Of a stretch of DNA of 64,000 bases, positions 46,512 to 61,245 are shown in pieces. Every line of letters starts with the position of its first letter. The stretch's first letter is position 1. The notes below the pieces were generated by a model. That model was not told the DNA's origin. It did no database searches and saw only the letters and a list, made by a program, of their open reading frames with translations. Origin of the DNA: Lophium mytilinum (taxonomy: Eukaryota); the NCBI GenBank assembly GCA_010093605.1, contig MU004182.1, positions 1,087,032-1,151,031 of the forward strand, given 5' to 3'. The position numbers and the translations under genes are program-made.

Positions 46512-46712
46512 CGCGCTTTGTCTGGTTGTTGCAAAGACTTAAGACTTGAGCGTACTTACAGAGCAGAACTTGCACGGTAGGGTTTCTGAAAGTTGGGCAG
46601 GAGGAGTTGTGAAGGTGGCAAGAGCTGTCGGTGTGCGAGTCGGTGAGGCGTCTTTCAGTTCCATGGTTGCGTGGGTCATGTGTGAACCAATTACTACCCA
46701 TGACGTGATTAG

Positions 46713-47282
46713 CTACAATCTAGTCAGGACCCATTCCAGGACGTTATCAGCCGGGAGGTTGTTTGCCAGCAAGTCCTCGTGAACTGGATCATGGTGTTTG
46801 CGAAGCGTTATATCCAATACATCCCTAAGGTGCGCTTGGAAGGCTACATCAAAAACAGCAAGAAGCGTTTCTGGGAGACCGTATTCGAGGATGCAAAGAA
46901 AGGCAAGCATCGAACCTTCAAGAGAAAACTATCTGAGCTGCTGGAGTTTTCGGAGGACCATGTGTAAGTCAAAGAGCGTTTCAACCTGCAGATACCTACT
47001 AACAATAATGATATCAGGTTCTTGAAAGGAGCGTGCATATGTCCCGGATACGAGTGCTACCACTTCGGTTCGGAAGGTCGAAATCCGTGGGACATCATGG
47101 CCGAGTACGAGTTCTCTGCGGACGATGAATATGGCGAGACAGAGAACGAGTTGATCCTGTGGCAGGATGAAGATAACGATACCGACGATGAGCGAGACCA
47201 GTACCTCACCACACCTTTGCTCGAGGCTGTCAATGAGGCTTTGGACGAGGTTCCGGACATGGACGTAGCCAACACTGGCTGA
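46713..47282 (+). pseudogene. 3' fragment of a fungal hypothetical gene lacking its 5' part
   Basis: Open frame after TAG 46710-46712: DPFQDVISREVVCQQVLVNWIMVFAKRYIQYIPKVRLEGYIKNSKKRFWETVF...EDHV, intron 46964-47017 (GTAAGT...CTAAC...CAG), then FLKGACICPGYECYHF... and an acidic tail. Only about 200 bp separate it from the divergent ATG at 46511, leaving little room for a 5' part. Confidence 0.5.
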
Positions 47283-47815
47283 AGCGCCTCAGAAAATGAC
47301 AGTCACCTGCCACCTCAAATCAAGAAGGCAAGCTTAGGTATAATATTATAGACAGTAGTTTGGCCTTGGACTAAAGCGCCTCTTCATCCAAGCTTGCGTG
47401 CTCAGTCGCAACTGCTTAGTTTGCTTCAATACCCTGTAGGTTTACTTATGATAGCTGTTTTCGATATCGGAGCTTAGGCGGACTAAGGATTTTGCTTTTA
47501 GCGAAAGACCTAATCACCTAGTTCACTAAATGCACTACTATCAGCTTATTGGGTTTGTTACAGAAGCAGTGGTGAAACCGGGTGCACACGCCAATGGAAT
47601 TATTGTAGGATTTCACGATCGTAAGAAAGGTACATGTTGGGAACTGATGAAATTATGCTATCACATTGCCTACCAGAAGAAACGATATGCCAACCCAGAA
47701 GAGCGAGAAACAAAGGAAAGAAGAGAGGGCAGCACCTTCGGCGTCATTCCGCCTCCTTTATCAGGCTTCAGTGATCGCCAAGAGCTATTGGGCATCACTA
47801 CCCCACACGATCAGT

Positions 47816-48406
47816 CTAAGCGGCATTCTTTGCCTCGCGGCTCACGTACCGGAACGCGGGCGGGCTAGACTTCTTCCCTTTCTTCGCAGGCTCAGCTGTC
47901 TGGGCCGGCTGCGGAGTAACCTTGACCTCCTTTGGAGGCTTCGGCACCTTGCTACGCTTCTTCCTCGCACCAGGCTTGCGTTTCTCCTGGCCCTTCGGCG
48001 GCTTCTTCTCCGCCGGAGGCGTCGCATGGTACCATCGCCTCGACTCTTTCGGCTCATACGTCTCTTCCGGCTTATTCCCCGGCTTTCCACGGTGACGGCG
48101 CGGCCGGTCTCGCGTGAAAGGGTCGCGATTGAAGTACTCACGGGTGAAGCCTTGCGCCTGGCCGCTTCGCCTTGCATCGTACTTCGCTCGCTTCTCGTCG
48201 TCGCTCAGGATCTCGTATGCTTCTTGCACGCCACGGAACATGGCAACGGCGGTCGCCTTTTGTGCTTCAGGTAGATCTGAGCGAAGCTTGTCTGGGTGGT
48301 AGATTAGTACCAGGCGGCGGTATGCCTGACGGATCGCTTCTTTGGTAGCATCTGCACGTACTGAAAGCGCCGCATAGTGGGTCTTGAAGACCGGGTTGGA
48401 GCTCAT
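47816..48406 (-). CDS. DnaJ/J-domain protein (class C) with a Lys/Pro-rich C-terminus
   Basis: THYAALSV...IRQAYRRLVLIYHPDK...FRGVQEAYEILSDDEKRAKYD; the HPD motif is intact. Confidence 0.88.
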   Translation of the reverse strand: MSSNPVFKTHYAALSVRADATKEAIRQAYRRLVLIYHPDKLRSDLPEAQKATAVAMFRGVQEAYEILSDDEKRAKYDARRSGQAQGFTREYFNRDPFTRDRPRRHRGKPGNKPEETYEPKESRRWYHATPPAEKKPPKGQEKRKPGARKKRSKVPKPPKEVKVTPQPAQTAEPAKKGKKSSPPAFRYVSREAKNAA

Positions 48407-48478
48407 GGCTACTTGTAGTTGTAGCTACTTGTGGCTGCTTGTGGCTACTTGTGGCTGCTTGTGGCTGCTTGTGGTTGT
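48407..48478. repeat. 10-bp minisatellite GGCT(A/G)CTTGT, about 6 copies, immediately upstream of the J-domain ATG
   Basis: ggctacttgt agttgt agctacttgt ggctgcttgt ggctacttgt ggctgcttgt ggctgcttgt ggttgt. Confidence 0.9.
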
Positions 48479-49422
48479 GAGAGCTTGGGGATGCTTATGC
48501 GTGCTGATATGTGTGAAAGCTGTGGTGAAGTTAAATGTGATGAACCTTCGATGTGAAACTTGAAGCTTCTATATATACCGACAAAGTGAACTTTGCACAT
48601 TGTATGAGTTGTCAATCTCTTTGATACTTCGTATTGTGAGAATGACGTGTTCATTTGATAGGTTGAGAATATGAGAGGGGAATTCTTCACAATGTCGATG
48701 ACAGCGCGCTAGTCCCGTGCCTCTCTGGTCTTTGTCATTGTTTCAGGTCGCCAATTGGCACTCTTGCTAGTATATTTCTCAGTAGGAAAATAACAGGTGA
48801 GACAAAGAAAGGAGCATGATAGGCTTGACTTCTGACCTGAGATGTGAAGTATGCAGAGAACTTTGATGAGCGCAAGAGTCATAGGAAAAGGTTCATCGAG
48901 ATAGCTAGAGCAAGCTGTCAGGGAGGAATCTAAGACCTTGCCTCGACCAATCAGTCAACGAGGAATAGATGAATAAGCTCATCGACGACCTTCAATCTAT
49001 CACGTTGGTTGGTGAAAATATATCGTTGCAGGAGAGCCCATATATTCCCACCATTCAAACAGCGGGACATCCGAAAACTGAAGCTATGCGGCATGCCGGG
49101 ACGCCACATCGGGCCATCGGATACATTTCATATCAGCCCATGCGCGTGTTCCGTGTACCGGACCGAATAAAGCTTGAGGATGAGGGCGGACTGTGCTTAC
49201 GGGAGCTCAACGAGGAGGATGTAAAGTGGGACGTCATTTTTTATTTCTTCGAGCTCCAACCCCACCTTCAAACCCCTCTTCGCCCTAATTCTCTACCTAC
49301 CCACCTCCGGCCAGCTAATCAAGGCCAAGTCTTGCACCGCGGAGCGTCTCCATTGCGTATGGTCAATTGAGGTCACAAATCGGACGCTTGATTACCAACG
49401 TTTCTCGCCGTGATACTCTAAG

Positions 49423-51249
49423 ATGCGGCCCTTTGTCTCGTCCGTGAGAGCAGTTGCAAGGAAACCATTGTTCAGATCGCAGTTTCAATCGTCCAGGTTA
49501 CCTACATTAGTCCAAAGATCTTACGCAATGGCTCACAACGTGCCAGAAGTACGTAGACGCTGGCGTTCTTCATTCCCCCATTTTTACTTCCAAAACGCGT
49601 GAAAACCCTACCAACATGAGCTGACAAGACATCACTAGCTGAACGACAAGTCGTTGCTCAAGTCGCAGACATACGTAAACGGAGAATGGATAAACGCAAA
49701 GTCAGGGAAGACCTTCGAGGTCACAGGTACGAGCAGCTCCGCACGCGTCAAGTGCTTCCAAAAGCTCACATTATCCAGATCCCTCAAGCGGCAAAGTTAT
49801 CGGGACGATGCCTGAGATGGACAAATCCGACACCGAAGCCGCCATTGCAGCAGCCGCCGCAGCCCTCCCTTCCTTCCGCAAAACGACTGGACGCGAACGC
49901 GCGAAGATGCTGCGGAAATGGTACCAATTGATGGTGGACAACGCGGACGATCTGGCAAAACTTATCACATGGGAGAACGGCAAGCCGTTTGCAGATGCGA
50001 AGGGGGAGGTGACATATGCCGCCAACTTTTTTGAGTGGTTCTCAGAGGAGGCACCGAGAGTGTACGGAGACACGATACCAGCGAGCATACCAGGCAACCG
50101 CGTTTTCACAATCAAGGAGCCAGTAGGCGTATGTGGGCTGATCACACCGTATGTTGAACCCTTTTCGAACTCGGGGATGCCCCAGCATTGTATGTACACG
50201 GTTTCAAGAGCTCAAAACTAACCACCTCCAGATGGAACTTCCCCGCTGCAATGATAACCCGCAAAATCGGGCCCGCCCTCGCCGCCGGCTGCACCATCGT
50301 CGCCAAATCCCCCGGCGAGACGCCCCTCACAGCCGCCGCACTGGCCGAGCTTGGCCACCGCGCCGGCATCCCCAAAGGAGTAATCAACTTCGTGACCGCA
50401 CTCGCCAACACCCCCGAAGTCGGCAGCGCCATCACAGCGTCCGAGACCGTCCGTAAGGTCTCCTTCACCGGCTCCACAGGCGTCGGCAAGCTCCTCATGA
50501 AGCAGTCTGCCGACACCCTCAAGAAGCTCTCCTTCGAGCTCGGCGGCAACGCCCCCTTCATCGTTTTCGAGGACGCAGACCTCGAAGTTGCGGTCAACGG
50601 CGCTGTAGCGTCCAAGTTCCGCTCCAGCGGCCAAACATGCGTCTGCGCCAACCGCATCTACGTGCACGCCGCCATCTACGACTCGTTTGCGACCAAATTG
50701 GCCGAGAAGGTGAAAGCCTTCAAGGTCGGCGGCGGCTACGGCGAGGGCATCACTCACGGCCCTCTAATCCACGAGCGCGCAATCGACAAGGTCGAGCAGC
50801 ACGTCCAGGATGCCGTCAGCCACGGTGGAAAGGTGCTCGTTGGCGGGCAGAAGATACCCGACCTTGGCTCCAACTTCTTCCAGCCGACCGTCATTCGCGA
50901 CATGACGTCTGACATGAAGCTCGCCTCGGAGGAGACTTTTGGGCCTGTGGCTGGGCTGTTCAAGTTCGAGACTGAAGCTGATGTGGTTAGGCTTGCCAAC
51001 GAGGCAGATGTTGGGCTCGCGGGTTACTTCTTCAGCAAGGACCTCCAGAGGGTGTATCGCGTTGCTGAGGCGTTGGAGGTTGGGATGGTCGGCGTTAACA
51101 CGGGGCTGATCTCGGACCCTGCGTCGCCGTTCGGAGGCGTGAAGTTCTCCGGATTCGGACGCGAGGGGAGTAGGTACGGCATTGATGAGTATATGACTAC
51201 GAAGATGGTGACGTTGGGCGGTATGGGAGGACCGTTGCAGGGGGCGTAA
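49423..51249 (+). CDS. UGA2: Succinate-semialdehyde dehydrogenase (NAD(P)+), GABA shunt, with a probable mitochondrial presequence
   Basis: ATG at 49423, four exons. LITWENGKPFADAKGEVTYAANFFEWFSEEAPRVYGD; ITP|WNFPAAMITRKIGPALAAGC; SFTGSTGVGK; FELGGNAPFIVF; KFRSSGQTCVCANR (catalytic Cys); EETFGP; PFGGVKFSGFGREGS. Confidence 0.93.
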
Positions 51250-52389
51250 ATCACGTTTTTCGGTCGATTGGAGGGGATAGGCTACGGTATGGATTACGAA
51301 AATGTGTGCATACGGCGACAATGCTTGGTATTTGGTAAAAAGGAACAAGGTATCCAAACGGCGTGAAGGGACGTTACGGAGACTCGTAGACAAATTTTAC
51401 TTCATGTTCATACTGTTGTTATATCCAGAAGACAGCAACCCAGACATCTCGCATATTCGGCTGAGTTAACTTACCACGGAGACCCAAGCCTTCATATCAA
51501 ACATCTTGGGTCGCTTCAGGGAGGGAACTACCTCTGCTGCCTTTCAAGGCCTTTCAGTGTGAACGCACGCAGCCATGAATGGTCATTTGCGCGCAACAGC
51601 TTTCGTGCCCCCGTGATTATCTGAGCTATATACGGGTGTGCGACCATCTCTATCATAAGGGAACAATAATAATTCTGTTTGTAAAGGATATCGGGAATGC
51701 AAACGTCCTTCATAAGCGTCTATAGTTCCGAGTAAGACCACGTGAGCCCTCTACATATATCTCTCTCTTATGGCTACCAAAAGCACGGAAGTATTACATC
51801 AGAACACCACAAGAACAGAAAAGGCAAAGCACAAGAAGCACCCGACACTCCCGCTCAGATCCCAACGCCAAATCTGTGTCATCCCGGTTTTACAAAACAT
51901 TAATATAAGCAACGTGGCACATGGCCTCTAGAGCGGGGTAGGCGGGGTGGGTTCATGACTATTGTTACACAGACTAGGACTATATCACTGAACCAAATGG
52001 ACGGGTTTCATCAGTGGCTGGATGAGGTTGTAATACAGAGACGAGATGAGGGTGGGATGGTTGTATACGGGTAGGGTAAGGTAGGGAGCTAACACGAAGC
52101 GAGAGCGATAACAGCGTTGCGGAGGGCTGTTTTAGCGCATGTGACGTCGCGTCGGTCACGCATAATCATAATCGACCGCTACTAGATGAACCTCATCGTA
52201 ACAATACTCTTGAATGTCACATTAAAGCGTCAGGAAACACGTGGGGGACAAGGTTGAGGTATGCGAGAAGTTGTTTCAGTTATGTGGGTATGTGTAATTG
52301 CTTCAAACTAGCTCAAATCAAATGCTCAGCGCCTGTACGCCATTTCTCATGTATTGTCCATATATTTACAGAAGAAACCAGAAATCTGG

Positions 52390-54297
<1,908 letters not shown>

Positions 54298-55648
54298 TTA
54301 TAAATGGCACCGCGCCGTCGCTCACGGTTGGGAGCTGGGTCACCCGTGGATCGTGCACTGTCGTTGCGCGCTCTAAGATTGAGGATCCTACCTGGGCCCT
54401 CAGCCCTGCTACGCTGAGGTAACCTGAACATCCCAGCCGCCTGGCTACCACTCTCTGCGAGCCTGCCCGCGTGCGAAGAGGGCTAAGAGTGCCATGTAAG
54501 ACGCCAGAGACATCAGCTTCGGCGTGACTAGGCTGACTGCCGTATGGATTGGCGGCGCTGAGCTGCCACCCTGCAACACAACATCACTGCCATCGACGAC
54601 AAGGACGATTTCTTGTTCCCCGCGTCCGGACATCGTGGCCGCCGCGCCGCACGTTGGACCGCGCCGACGGGCACTGTGGAACATGGCACCTACGGCTACG
54701 AGCATACGGATCAGGAGCACCAACATGCCCACCACAGCACTGTGCCACGGCTCTGCATCTTAGTCCGCCCCGATGCCCCACAGCCAGCAGCAGTTTCGAA
54801 ACAAACTCTGGTTCGTCGGTAATTTCATGAGCTTGGCTCCTGTCACTGCGAGGATTCAAGGCCGATCCCCAATAATCTAGCACGGGGAGCCTTAACCTTC
54901 ATGCGCCGCTTCAGGGCACATCCAGGACAGCAGAGTGATCAATGCATTTCTCCTATTCAACCCTGCGCCTTCATTAACCTCAGCCCCTCTGGTCGGCAAA
55001 GTATTTACGGTGACTGTTGTGACGCTAATAGAGCGCTGCTATGTTACGCGCGCCGCCCACATTCAGCCCACCGCTCTACTTTCTTTTGAACTGAAACCCG
55101 CGTCGCTAAGATCACGTGTGGCATGTCACGTGTCGTCTAAAAATAGCCCACACCTCTTTGCATCCCCAGTCCGCCTGCTCACGCGAACAGGGACTCGACT
55201 CTAAGGGTCTTTCTTATCATGTCTTTTCCTCACAAAATCATCAGTCTGCTAAACTCTTCCTCCAACCTAATGCGTGACGAACGATTCTGACAATGCAGTG
55301 AGATCGACTCGTGGCCCGCTCTTCTCTAAGCTTCCGGCTCGAGAATGCGTCTGACGGCCCTTGTTGGAAACCATAAAGACACGAGGATCATATTCTTCTT
55401 GCCTCCGAGCAATGGGTGGCCCTTCAATACCAATTTTGGGTTCTTTTGCCTAATTCAAACTCGGGAGGATCAGTATCCTTACTCGTCCACGGGACTGTCT
55501 ACCGGGATATAGCACTGTCCACAGGCGTGTAGCGCCTGCTCAATGGGGCAAGCCACAATGTGATTACGTGAGGGAATCACCTGAGGCTCAAGGGATGCTA
55601 GTGAATAGGTCAGTATAACTTTACGTGGCGTACAGCAACGATATGGCC

Positions 55649-56871
55649 TCACTGCTCCGACTGAGAGTACACGTCGACCAGAGTACTCAGCTCGGGGAAC
55701 CTGCGTCGGAACACGTCCCCAACGGTCCAGTTTTTAAGTTGACGGATGTGCTCTTCGTAGATGGGGTTGATCAGGATGCCACCGCCTTCGGCTGCGGAGG
55801 TAGTGATGATGACATGGTTGGGATCATAGTCCCATCGAATGAAAAATGAGGTAGAGTAGGCACCAGCAAAATCGTCGAAGGCGATTCCTGGGCACTCGAT
55901 GAGGTATTGACGGACATTGGGCCTTCGAGGATACGTCAATGAGGTAGGGGCAGGCGCATTGAAGCCTCAGATACTCACCAAGGTATGCGATCCATCCAGG
56001 AAGGATGAGCAACTTGCATTTGGCATTCAAGTGGTCGTAACCATTCTGGCATCTGGTCATAGGATGCTTTGTTACGCAGAACTTGCCACTTATACATGCG
56101 TTAGTCTATTTCAATAACCGATCATATTTTGGTAGTTCTTTGACGGTCACGACGCAGGTTGGGACGGCTCACTTTCATCAACGTGGACATGACATAGTGT
56201 ACCGCTACCTGCTTGGGTAGCGTATCGATCTCCTTATAACTTCGCACGATGTCACCGACAACACCGCTGGTTTCGTCGATGATTCTGTTCGGTCTGCCAT
56301 CGAACAAGGCGCTTAGATCAGGCTTCTCGGGATACGCTTCCACCCGCGCCTGGCTCGGGGATGTGTACGCCTCCCAACGCGCCTCGGCAAAAGTTTGCAG
56401 AATCTGGTCGCTCATGGTGGTTGGAGCCGTGTTCAGCGGAATTGCTTCATGCGGCGCCAATGCCGCTGGCGAAGTCCCAACTGGTGACTCTGGCTTAGAA
56501 GTGCTCGTCCCATTTCCCAACAGCCGTAGCTGTAGCGCGGCCTTCTGGACGCGGAGGTGGTCTAGTTCTTCGCTGACAGCGAGAAAGCGGCTCATGAGGT
56601 CTTCTTTCTCCCGCGTCTCGTTTTGCAAGGCTTGGGTCAGTGCGGTGACCTGGTCTGTCAGGCATTGCATGCTCCATTTCGCCCGCTCGCGCATCGCTCG
56701 TTGCGATTTGCGATCCCGAGCACGCTTGCGAGCAAGATCTTCTGCATCTAGCAAACGGCCTTTCGACGATAGCGTGCCCGGAGAAGTAGTATCTGATGGC
56801 GAGGTAGAGGACACAGTTTGTGGGGCTGGGGGGTTGTTGTCCACATTATGGCTAGAACTAGCTGGATTCAT
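55649..56871 (-). CDS. bZIP transcription factor with a C-terminal DUF3425 domain
   Basis: Basic region ARKRARDRKSQRAMRER plus a zipper. Three exons rebuild LMK|WQV...MPEWLRPLECQMQVAHPSWMDRIPW|PNVRQYLI...INPIYEEHIRQLKNWTVG..F...FPEL. Confidence 0.88.
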
Positions 56872-58420
56872 CGGTCGGAAGACTCGCTGGATGTTAAGCG
56901 GATGGTAATACCCCAGTCTGGTTGCACAAAATAGGAGAAAGAGGATTGGAGTGCAGAAGTGAAGTTGAGCGACGCGCAGCTTGGAGGATGTTTTCCGTAG
57001 CAGGCGTCAAGCTTCCCCGCGTTTTGTCCTGGAGCCAGCTCTATATTGGTTTAGTGGGCAATAATAACCCCTGTGAGTTCGTTCCATGTGTCTCCATCTG
57101 GTCTAGGTTGCTCATGCAAACTAATGCTCTATTTAGCTCGCGTGATCGCAACGAACTCAGTCGTGCTAGAAATGGTGGTGCTTTACATGTTTCTAGAATC
57201 TCTGGGAGCTGTCCTCTCAGGCCGATGCCGTTTGAGGTGGCCTAGCAATTTCATGGATTGGCCAAAACAATGAACATCCATTTCACATAAATTTCTGACC
57301 ATACCTTGGAGCCTCTTATAAAGCATCAAGAAGGTGTACGCAGACTTGTGGCAAGAGAATTTGTGTACCCAATCTTACCATTAAGTTATCTTACAGTTGG
57401 CCAAGTTATGGCGGACTCTATTTGGATGTGGAGGTCAAGCTAGTCTAGTGTTCATGCAAATGCTGCGGAGAAGCGGTTTGAAGGCCTTGGAATGGTACCC
57501 AGGAAAATTAAGGTCTGATTTTCGCCTCCGTCCGAATAGCCCTAACGGTTCACTATTATCTCACGATAGTGATTGCTGGTTGACAAGCTACTCCTTAACT
57601 ACTGCAGAGCACAACTATCTTGACGAACCAACCCGTTGAACCAAGCATAGCAACTTACTAGGGAAGTGGGGAACTTACCTCGACAGGCCAATGATCACTC
57701 CAGCATATCATGAAGTAGCCCATAACAACGACGAACCTCGACATATATGGAATATTGTGACATCATGAAGTAAGAGCGAAGTTATAGGCAATTATAGCCT
57801 GCCAGAAACTGCGATTAAAAATTAATGAGGATCGCTTGTGAGCACGTGACTAAGTCCCCAGACCATCCGCCGGTTCCGACGAGTCCTCTCAACCTTCAAC
57901 ATTATCGAAAAGAGCTAGACTATTATCACTATCATCCATCCACCACTCACCACGAGTAGACGCAATGTGTTCCCATAATTGTTGATGGGTACGCTTGCGG
58001 AGCCTACCTACAGCTTGGGCAGTTCGCAAGCATAAATCCAGGTTAAAAGTGCTACGACAAGGTTTCGTTTTCACAGCTTCCCTATCAGGCAGTCAGCAAA
58101 GCATATCAGCTAGATTAATCTACCTTCGATCTTCCCGCTTAGGCTGATTCGCCCCGCACCAAATGAACGTACAGGGGAGCTGGGAGCTTTGATGATGCGT
58201 ATTCATGCAGAGTCCGAAGTGCCATGAGTACCCAGCAGGTACCCACAAACACCCATCGTTAACCCAGCTTCCGCAATCAGCTACGATTTGCGCATTACGC
58301 CAGATGGAGAAGCCAGCAAGAGTCCGATCCCGGGCAGACGGGGTCAGCCTCGCCGCTGGCTGAGTACATATTGCGACGCGATGCCCACGCGTTCAATCTG
58401 ACTGGTAACTTTTTTCTACC

Positions 58421-61103
58421 ATGCTGTTCCTCCGAGCCTCGCTGCTGGCCTCGATTGCCTCAATTGCAGTTGCTACGCCTCTGCAACATTACGGGAGACG
58501 GGACAACTCCTCGTCACCATGTGCGGCTGTCAGCGCGTCCGTTGCTCTTCAATCCGCAAGTGCGACGCCCACTGTGCCCGCAGAATTGGCCTATGAGTGT
58601 ATCACTAGTGTACCACTCAATGCCAGCGCGGCGTTATCTTTGATCAAGGCGATCCGGCCGTATTTTCTTTGGCAGAGCACGACTGTCTATTTGAAAGACC
58701 CTCCCAAAGAATACGCAGAGAAAATTCAAAAAGCAGTGGATATCTTCGGTGGTCTGGATGAGATCGAGAGCAAGGTCTCTAGTGGAGCATATACACAGGA
58801 ATTTGAGGTGAGAATGGTTTCAGTTGAGTGTTGGTTATCCGAGGACCCGCTGGACCCCCGAGTGAAAGGTGTAGCAGATCGATTAGACGCGTTTGGCTCT
58901 GCTCTAATCTGGGTTGTCTTGTCTCCTACGTCTTCTTTGAGTTTCTGACAATACAATGAAGGGCGTCAGATAGTGACAAGTAGGGGTGTCCGGGTTTTTG
59001 TCCAGGCGCTGTACCGAAGCTAAAAGTGTCGTAATAGTTTGGTTTCGCTCTCTATGTCCTCATGCAGTCCACTCATGACGGCCACTTCGTTTTCGTCCCT
59101 GATGTTGTCGGAACTGTCTTCAATTGGGCCCGCCCGCTTCCACTCGTGTCAGTCTCCGAAGACGGGGTTTCACTACCTAAGCCCTACGCCTATTCCGATA
59201 TCTTGGCGGACTCTTTCGGAAATGCTTCTTATAAGGCCTCGGCCATCAAGACCATCAATGGGCAAGATGCCGCATCATACCTAGAAGACTGGAGCCAATA
59301 CGGATCTTTGCAAGATCGGGGTAAGGTTCTATCAGATTCGCATTATACCCACTTCGTCTAACATGATCAACATAGACGCGCTATACAACAACGTCTTCTA
59401 CGAGCTTGCTGTTATTGCTCTAGGTGGATCTGGTGCTAGCATGGGTACCTTTGCGGGCGGCGGTAAGATGAAATTGGTGTTTTGAACACTTTATATGTGG
59501 CCCGGAGAAGAACTGACATTTTTTTTTCAGGTCGTGGAAGATGGGTATATCCAGGCCCAGCCACAGAAATCGTTTTCGAAAATGGCACAACTTTGGCCTT
59601 CGACAACTTCGCTAGGGTACTTATACCTTTCGACGGAGTCACCGATGGTCAAAGTTTGTACGATCTGTGGTTCACTCCAACCTCCGCTCCCAGCGCCGTT
59701 GCAACTACGGCTGCGCCTACAGCTACACCCACGCCAACATCGTCTATAACGCCGACGAGTACCCCAGCTCCCGGGTAAGTCCATGGTCCTCGTAACCAAA
59801 GTTTTCAATTAAGTTGATTTATGTTAATGCTGATTATCTCAGTTATCCACCACCGGTTGTTCGACAAATCAACAACTTGATCGGCGGATATTACATTGAT
59901 GACGAGGATTATTCCGATGTTGCTGTCCTCAGTGTGCCATCCTTTGTATCATTGGATTCGGCCGAGGTCTCCTTCCAGGCGACAAGCAAGGAGTTTATCG
60001 CGAAGGCCAAGGCAGCTGGCAAGACTAAGCTAATAATCGACCTCAGCGCTAATGGTGGAGGTACAATCCTCCAGGGCTACGATCTGTTTAAACAGCTTTT
60101 CCCCTCAATCGATCCCTACGGAGCGCAGCGCTTCAGGGCGTTCGAGAGTACGAACCTTATTGGTCAAAAGTACTCCGAGATATCCAAGACAGTGCCACGT
60201 ACCTTGGATACGACTAATGAGACGTTGCTCAATATTGAGTACGACATCGTCTCAACTCCCTTCAATTACCTTACCGATAAGGACCTCGAAGGCAAACAAT
60301 TCCCCAGTTGGCAAGCAAAATACGGACCTCACGAGCACTATGGCGACAATTTCACCAGCCTTTTCCGCTGGAACCTCTCGGACGTTCTCACTCCATTGAA
60401 CAGTGGTGGAATATACATCACGGGCTATGGCAACCTGACAAACGTCACGCAGCCTTTCGCCGCTAAAGACGTCATCATTGTCACTGACGGATACTGCGCG
60501 TCCACGTGCACAATATTTTCAGAACTGATGCGTCAACAAGCGGGTATCAAGACTGTTGCTCTTGGCGGACGTGCTAGGCCTGGCATCATTCAAGCCGTGG
60601 GTGGCGTCAAAGGCACGAACGACCTACCCATGGACTACATACAATACCAAGTCCAAGTGGCTTATGCCTACGCTACCCCTGAAGAGCAAGCTTACTACAA
60701 CACCACCGAACTGGGCGACTACTTCTCCAATCTAGTGTTTGAGCGTGCCGCTCCCGGTACCTCATACAATGTTAACTTCCGAGACGGCCTCAGGGAAGGC
60801 GATACTTCGGAAGAGCAGATCCCGCTGCAGTTCATCTATGAGGCAGCAGATTGCCGCATTCTGTACACCCCTGGCATGACTGTCGACGTGACCGATATCT
60901 GGAAAGCGGTAGCAGATAGTGCATTTGGTGGAGATAGCAAGTGTATCGCTGGGGGCCTTGGAAACTCCACTGGTGGATACAGAAGGAGAAGCACAGGGCC
61001 ATCGCTGAAGAAGAGAGCCGGAAGCGTGCACGATTACCCTCTCGATCTTTACACTGACCTTCGGGGCAGCAAGGTATCTGGGGATGGGTACATGATGCCG
61101 TAA
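58421..61103 (+). CDS. Secreted peptidase S41 family (CPAF-like) protein
   Basis: Five exons (58421-58807, 59038-59320, 59376-59462, 59531-about 59775, 59843-61103). Signal peptide; AELAYECITSVP; HDGHF; VAVLSVPSF; LIIDLSANGGG; catalytic IIVTDGYCASTCTIFSE; QAVGGVKG; PLQFIYEAADCRILYT. Confidence 0.9.
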
Positions 61104-61245
61104 ATTATCCGATGCTTCTGCGGATGTGCATGAAACGATTTCTGGTGTATTTAGACTCATGAGATACTATGTAATATAGAGCCGTGAGTGTTGTACTTTT
61201 TCTAAGCCGGTATATACAACCCTCTGTAACGCAGCATGCATTGCA

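Noticed and set aside
40647..46730. Possible terminal inverted repeats around the TcA-like block (cctagactagaat versus the reverse complement of aatctagtcagg)
   Set aside because: Short, gapped and imperfect, with no target-site duplication; consistent with chance.
47530..48274. Plus-strand ORFs of 112 and 202 aa
   Set aside because: Antisense to or overlapping the J-domain gene and its 3' region; no motifs.
48969..49370. 133-aa ORF upstream of SSADH
   Set aside because: Lies in the divergent promoter region and has no domain or coding-like features; probably spurious.
55110..55135. Two CACGTG E-boxes upstream of the hexosaminidase gene
   Set aside because: Six-base motifs about 900 bp from the ATG and also in the 3' region of the bZIP gene; cannot be assigned a function without conservation data.
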